Positions 57,601 through 64,000 of a DNA stretch of 64,000 nucleotides are shown one piece after another. The translations under genes and the position numbers were made by a program. Location of the stretch: NCBI GenBank assembly GCA_964016885.1, contig OZ024742.1, forward strand, positions 137,020,001 through 137,084,000, written 5' to 3'. The notes beneath the pieces are model-generated. The model was not told the DNA's origin, did no database searches, and worked only from the letters and a program-made list of their open reading frames with translations. The stretch comes from Eledone cirrhosa (lineage: Eukaryota). Each line of letters begins with the position of its first letter. The stretch's first letter is position 1.

Positions 57601-58258
57601 ACATTCCATGTATTAAAATCCCTACCCACTCTAGCATTAAAGTCACCAAGCACGATGACTTTGTCTGCCTGAGGGATATTTCTTAAAACACCTTTCAAGG
57701 CATGGTAAAATGACACCTTTTCCTCATCGACAGAACTCATAGTTGGAGCATACACACTCACCAGGGTAGCATATCTTCCCTTGTCCAGCGGAACTCTCAT
57801 GGACATAAGACGCTCACTAATCCCTACTGGGAATTCTTCTAATTTGTTCACAAGCACAGTCTTAACAGCAAATCCCACCCCAGCCTCTCTTCTGGTTCCT
57901 TCATCTCTTCCTTTCCAGAAGAATGTATATTCTCCACAAAATTCCGTAAGATGACCATCTCCAGCTAGCCTCGTCTCACATAAAGCCACGATGTCAAGAT
58001 CGTAACGTCGAAGCTCCTTTGCAACAAGAGCGGTCCTTCGTTCAGGACGCCCCAAGGAATCCCTGTCAAGCAGCGTCCGTACGTTCCAGCAGCCAAGACT
58101 AAATGCCTTGTTTGGCTCTATTACAATGGCACGATGACGAGCAGGTCCAGGCTGTGATAACCTGGGGCCCCTGCCCTTATTGCCAATGATTTTTTTTGTT
58201 CCCGAACCTAAATTGCCAATTATCTCTTTTATATTGTTCTGGAACATCATTGAATTGG
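54700..58258 (-). mobile_element. Near full-length RTE (BovB-like) LINE: APE endonuclease + RT + C-terminal zinc fingers; disabled
   Basis: LGCWNVRTL, ALCETRL, SVYAPT, LGDFNARVG, WTDHRLV; NYRGISLL, FVDLTKAFDTV, GVKQG, LFADDC, FVYLGS, LRWSG; in-frame stops at ~56898 and ~55583, frameshifts at ~56055 and ~55325; 3' end runs into (TG)n. Confidence 0.92.
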
Positions 58259-58320
58259 CTAAAAAAAAAAAAAAAAAAGTAATAATAATAGTAATAATAA
58301 TAATAATAATAATGATAATA

Positions 58321-61095
58321 AGATCAACAGGTGACATAGACATGCTGATAGAAACAATCAAGCAAAAAGTGTCGGCCAAAGCTGCTCGTATAAGGCGCTT
58401 TGAAAAACGATCTAGATTCTATACGGACAATAATATGTTCAAAAACAACCAACGAAACTTCTACAGAAAAATTGGTAAGTCAACAATAACTGCTAAATCA
58501 ATACCACCCAAGGAGGAAGTGCAAGAATTCTGGGAAAAGATCTGGGCCGAAGAAAAGGTTCATAACATACATGCCCCATGGATAGACAGACAAATGAAAG
58601 AAACAGCTCACCTTGAAGAACAAACATGGGAAAATATAACAGTTGAACAGCTGCGCTTGGCTCTAAGAAAAGCCAGCAAATGGAAATCCCCAGGAAAAGA
58701 CAAAATACAAAACTTTTGGATAAATGCCTTCACAGAGTCTCATGAGCTGTTAGCCCAACTTTACAATGAAATAGTTAAGGAGCCAGAAAAGATACCATCA
58801 TGGCTAGTTAACGGCATTACATTCCTGCTACCGAAGAATGATGAGACAAACAATCCCAAAAATTACAGACCGATAACATGCTTCACCACAATGTATAACA
58901 TTTTAACATCAGTCCTAACTGAATACACATATGACCACCTGATAACAAATGACCTATTTCCTATTGAGCAGAAAGGGTTTAAACGAGGCTCATATGGCTG
59001 TAAGGATCAGCTTCTGGTTAACAAAATGATACTGGAAGATTGTCATAATAGACACAAAAATCTATCGATTGCTTGGATAGATTATAAAAAAGCATTTGAT
59101 AGTTTGCCACACAGTTGGATTGAAAAATGTTTAGAGATTTTCAAAATATCCCCCGTTGTCAGGAGGTTTTTGTCATTCAGTATGAGGACATGGAGAACGA
59201 CACTCCTTTTGAATAGTGAAACAAAATCACTGGAAGCTGGAGAAGTTAACATCAATTGTGGAATTTTTCAGGGTGACTCTTTATCACCGCTTTTATTCTG
59301 CATCGCACTTATACCATTAAGTAAAATGCTCAATGAAACAAAACATGGATATAGAGTCTATGACAAAACCATTAATCACCTGTTCTACATGGATGACCTG
59401 AAACTATTTGCAAAAGATGATGAACAATTGCAAGGGCTATTATCCACTGTGAAGCAGTTCAGTGATGACATTAAAATGGAGTTTGGACTGGATAAATGCG
59501 CCAAAGCAACGTTCACCAGAGGAAAGCTGCTGAAGAGTTCAGACATTAATCTTGATCGGGGGAACGTGATAAGAGAGCTTGATCAAGAACAAACTTACAA
59601 ATATCTAGGTGTTTGTGAAGGAGACGGAACCAAGCACTCGACAATGAGGGAAAGGATAAGGAAGGAATGTTACCGCAGAGTCAGAGCAATCTTAAGAACG
59701 GAATTGAATGCAAGGAATAGGATCGATGCCATAAACACGCTTGCCATACCAGTAGTAACCTACAGTTACAATGTCATCAACTGGTCAAGCACAGAGATCC
59801 GTAGGCTCGATACAAAAATCCGAAAATTCTTAACCATGCACAGAATGCATCACCCTAAGGCAGACATAGATAGAATATATCTCCCTAGGAAAGAAGGAGG
59901 ACGTGGGTTAATCCAGTTAGACATTGCGTTGAAAACTGCAACAATTGGATTATCCACATATCTAAGGGAATCACATGATTGGATGATCAAACTCGTTTTG
60001 AAACACGAAAGCACCAAAAGATCATATTCCATTACAAAAGATGCACAAAGATACAGTAATGGACTATAAATTTCAGAAGTCCCATTTACTGCTGAAATGG
60101 AAAACACTGAAAAAGCAAAGCAGGTAAAAGTAACTGCAAAGAAAGAACTGCTACAGAAACTGGCTAAGAAATGGCAAGAAAAGCCTCTGTATGGAAAATA
60201 CCCAGAGCGAGCTAACAATCCTGATGTTGACAAAACTTTAACCCATCAGTGGTTGGCATCCTCTGGACTGAAATCGGAGACTGAAGGACTGATTATATCC
60301 GCACAAGATCAGTGTCTGCCAACAAAAAATTACCAAGCCAACATAATAAAAAATGGGTGCAGCCCATTATGCCGTGTATGCAAAAAACAACCAGAGACCA
60401 TTGACCATATAATTTCAATGTGCAGTCCTATAGCTCCAACCGAATACCTAAACAGGCATGACAGAGCTGCACAATACATACATTGGATAATGTGTAAGCA
60501 TTTTGACCTGCCCCATCAAAAGAATTGGTGGGAACATCAACCACCTCCCATACTTGAAAAAGATCACATCTCAATCTTGTGGAACTTTAGCATCCAAACA
60601 GACCGAAAAATAGATGCAAATAGACCTGATATAATATTGAAGGACTTTCAAAGGAGGGTATGCCTGCTAATTGATATGTCTGTTCCAATAGACAAGAATG
60701 TATCTATAAAAACATTTGAAAAATTGAGCAAGTATAAGGACCTGGAGATAGAAATTGGAAAAATGTGGAAATTGAGAACTAAAACAATACCAGTGGCTGT
60801 AGGCGCTCTGGGAATGATACCTAAGGAGTCTAACGACTACTTATCGCAAATCCCAGGAAACCCGCGTATAGGAGAAATACAAAAGATAGTACTAATGGGA
60901 ACTGCCCATATACTAAGGAAGATCCTGTCAATATAAGTACATCACAAGTCTAAACACTAAGGATGCATGTGTGAATATGTATGTTCTTTCTTGAACATGG
61001 CGGACCTTGTTGTCTCTTGAGGTCACTGGTTGTGACTTGGTGATAACTCGTATAAACATAAAGCAAGATAAATGCAAATAATAATAATAATAATA
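58321..61095 (+). mobile_element. 5'-truncated R4/Dong-type retrotransposon between (TAA)n tracts; RT + RLE with one in-frame TAA at 60067-60069
   Basis: ORFs 58180-60069 and 60097-60936 share a frame; [54 protein letters not shown]...EK..KY; TAA repeats at 58280-58320 and 61077-61095. Confidence 0.92.
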
Positions 61096-61922
61096 CACTA
61101 TTAATAATTATTAATGCACTCGTGCAATGCCTGTGCGTGACGAATATTTTAAAGTGAGGAAAGACTGTGCAACTGAGCTAATCCCACTCTCTGAGCGACA
61201 GTAGCTATAACCCGAAAAGAAGAAAAGATCAACATCATCGGTAACTACTGAGCCGCAGGTTTTATGTCGGAGTTAACCCAGTTTCCTACATACATATATA
61301 CATACATACAAAAACACATACATACATTCATTTCATACATACATGCATGCATGCATACATACATACGTGTATACATAAATAGCTGCATCTCAGTTTCGAG
61401 TATTTGATATCACTTGATCATTTTCTCATGCATTGGCATAAGTTCCAGCCCTGCTAAGAACGTAGATTCCTTTCTACATAGGTCTCAGCGAAAGAAAAAA
61501 GAAAGGGTTTTGTCCACGCAACATATATGAAAGTTGTTTAAATCAAGTGATGCCTGGGCATGAAATTTTTTTAAATGAAGAAAGGTCATGTATCGCACAA
61601 AATTAGATCGATTCAAGTCACCACATCTTGCTAATTTTTTTAATTCGGTGTTGGTGTATGAGATAATCCGGTGGTTTTGTTTTCAAAAGGCGGTGATCGA
61701 AGACCTCTATTTGAAAAGGAAAAATTGTTTTGTATCTAGAACGTATATGTAAGCGTGTGCGTCTGTATGTATGTGTTTGATGTTGGTCTGTATGAAGCTA
61801 TGTGGAATGCGTGTGTGTATATATAAGTATAAAGAGTATGTGTGTGTGCGTGTGCGTGCGTGTTTTGTTGTAAGTACGAAGCTGTGAGATTATGTGTGAG
61901 TTCAAGACGGTATGTGAGTGAG

Positions 61923-61953
<31 letters not shown>

Positions 61954-63814
61954 TAATTGTTGGTCCGTAGAGAGCTGTGGAGATAGGTGTAGACGTGTGT
62001 ATGTGTTTGTCGGTGGTCTGTATAAACCGTTATGTGTCTTTCAAAAAGTATGTGTCTTTCTAGCCGCAACTGAATAATAGGATGCTTGGGGTGAATGCGT
62101 ACGCGCATGTGTGACCGTTGACAAGGCAGGTGTGACAGTGGCTATGGGTAAATAATTAAGCGACGCTTGACCATGTGCCATGCATTCACGGAAGCGTAGT
62201 TATATGAGGTTTGATGAATAGCAATTTGTTTTCACTATTTTAAAATGTTATTTAATTATTATCAAATATAAACTGCTTAGCTAAAACGTATGTATGTATA
62301 TACTTATTCATATATGTTCATATATATTCATAACGTATTTATGGAAGTAAATTAAATCCACACGTCCCCACTATGGTAATTATCTTGAAAATCACATAAA
62401 TATGTATTAATCAGATGATTCGTGTGTATATTTGTATCTGAGTATGGACGTCTCTTTCTGGCACAACGATGATGATCAGTATAACGTTCATGGCTTATTT
62501 TCGTTAATGTGTTTACAGATTTTTCAAGAACGATACTTAGATATCTATATTCTTCTCTATTTTTCTGATGTCAAGAAAGCAGCTGTCCTCCACAACAAAA
62601 CATTTTTTATTTTGTCGTCCTAGATAACAATATTAGGTCAGTGGAGCTATGATTTGGAAGCTGTGCTTATTTTTAGGTTCCAATAGTATTGATCCATTGG
62701 TTTGAACATATTCGTGTTCATTGTTGTAGTGTTCTTTTTTACCTTAATTCTGTTTGTTCTGGCAACCACATAATTCATCGTGGGAAGGTCATACTTAGAG
62801 GACATTATTGTTCAGTTGCCAACATATGGCAAATTCTTCATTTAGGATTAAAGTCTAAATCTATTTCAAATGATAGATATATTTTTTCGATTTTCTGAGA
62901 GCAACCTTCAAGGTAAGATAAAACAAAATTATCGGTAGATCATCTCTACCTCCTGGGGTTTTCATTTCAAGTACGCATGCATAAACTTCTAAATGGAAAA
63001 AAAAATCAATATTTTATTATACAATTGTTGTGTTGAGAAGAAGTTTCCAGTGATCCTTGTAAAGACTTTTATGGTATGATCACGTAATTACTAATGAAGT
63101 TGTAGTGACGCCGTAGAGGTATACGGCGCTACTGAGGCATTTTAAACTTAGCGCAACCCATCCCTCTCCAGGTCTGACTGCCGGATTGCAGCAGATTCTT
63201 TCTGAGAAGGATAAAGAGTGAGAGAGCAAATGAGAAAGAGATATAGAGGAAGAATCGACCTCAGTACTTGACTGGTACATTTATGTTTGCAATTAATTCT
63301 TATATCACTTCAAGCTATCCTTATGATACTTTTATTTTCATGATTGAAAGCATAATATAGTCGCTGGTTATTTTTCTCTGCTAGCAATTCGTCAGATCTT
63401 CCGTCGATTAAGATCTTCTGTGTCCTTAATACAGATTTAAGGCAGTGACCATCCATTTTGCATGCTTATGTACTCTGGCTTTATCACCATTAATTTGGAA
63501 CTTTCCAGTAACACTTTGAATTCTTAAATACATACAGATATATAGGAAAGTATATATTTAGAGTCAGGTGGTGGTTGGAATCTAGAGTATAGGTTATGGA
63601 TGATGACTTGGTTATTATATGGACATTTAGACTTTGTTTTAATAAGTGCATTAGTTTCGAGTTTGTCGCCCGATGCTCCTCTCCCATGGGTGTTATGTTT
63701 ATTGTTAGCTATGTTTTCGGAGTCTACTTTTTATGTATACGGACATTCAGTGATTACATTGCGATGGTTCTAGGTGTATCTACGTTCAGATATAGGTGTT
63801 TGGCGGTCATATTT

Positions 63815-64000
63815 ACTCCCCTTCCCCTTCCTCCCCGTCCCTCCTTTTCCCTTCTTCCCATTCCTCCCTTCCTCTCCTTTTCTCCTTCTTCCCATTCCTC
63901 CCCTTTATCCCCTTCCTCCCATTCCTCTCATTGTCGCTCATCCCTTGTTCTTCTCTCTCCCCTCTATTTGCCTCTTTCCCATTATTTCCCCATATTTCCC
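63815..64000. repeat. Polypyrimidine (C/T) low-complexity tract
   Basis: Direct inspection. Confidence 0.85.

Noticed and set aside
61150-61260. Exon-like purine-rich stretch
   Set aside because: Stops in all three plus frames and weak splice signals.

Overview
AT-rich eukaryotic, repeat-saturated DNA, most likely from a coleoid cephalopod (octopus-like). That assignment is inferred from the SINE families and the extreme (TA)n/(CA)n/trinucleotide density. No host gene is confidently recognisable. The long ORFs belong to non-LTR retrotransposons: a near-intact R4/Dong-type RT + restriction-like endonuclease element (24.7-28.35 kb, one in-frame stop), a second 5'-truncated Dong-type element between (TAA)n tracts (58.3-61.1 kb), and a near-full-length RTE-type APE-RT element with three C-terminal C2H2-like fingers (54.7-58.25 kb, minus strand). 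There are also decayed RTE, Tx1-like, Penelope-like (PLE) and pogo fragments, MITE-like elements and at least three SINE families. The most striking signal lies outside the ORF track. About ten minimal type-I hammerhead ribozyme motifs (stem I-CUGANGA-stem II-GAAAC-palindromic stem III-GUH-stem I), from several unrelated sequence families, sit in short non-coding elements with direct and inverted repeats, mostly inside (TA)n tracts. They look like non-autonomous PLE/retrozyme-like elements and are nested in one another at 1.9-4.4 kb. Nearly all short ORFs in the track are microsatellite translations. Coordinates were read by eye and may be off by a few bases.
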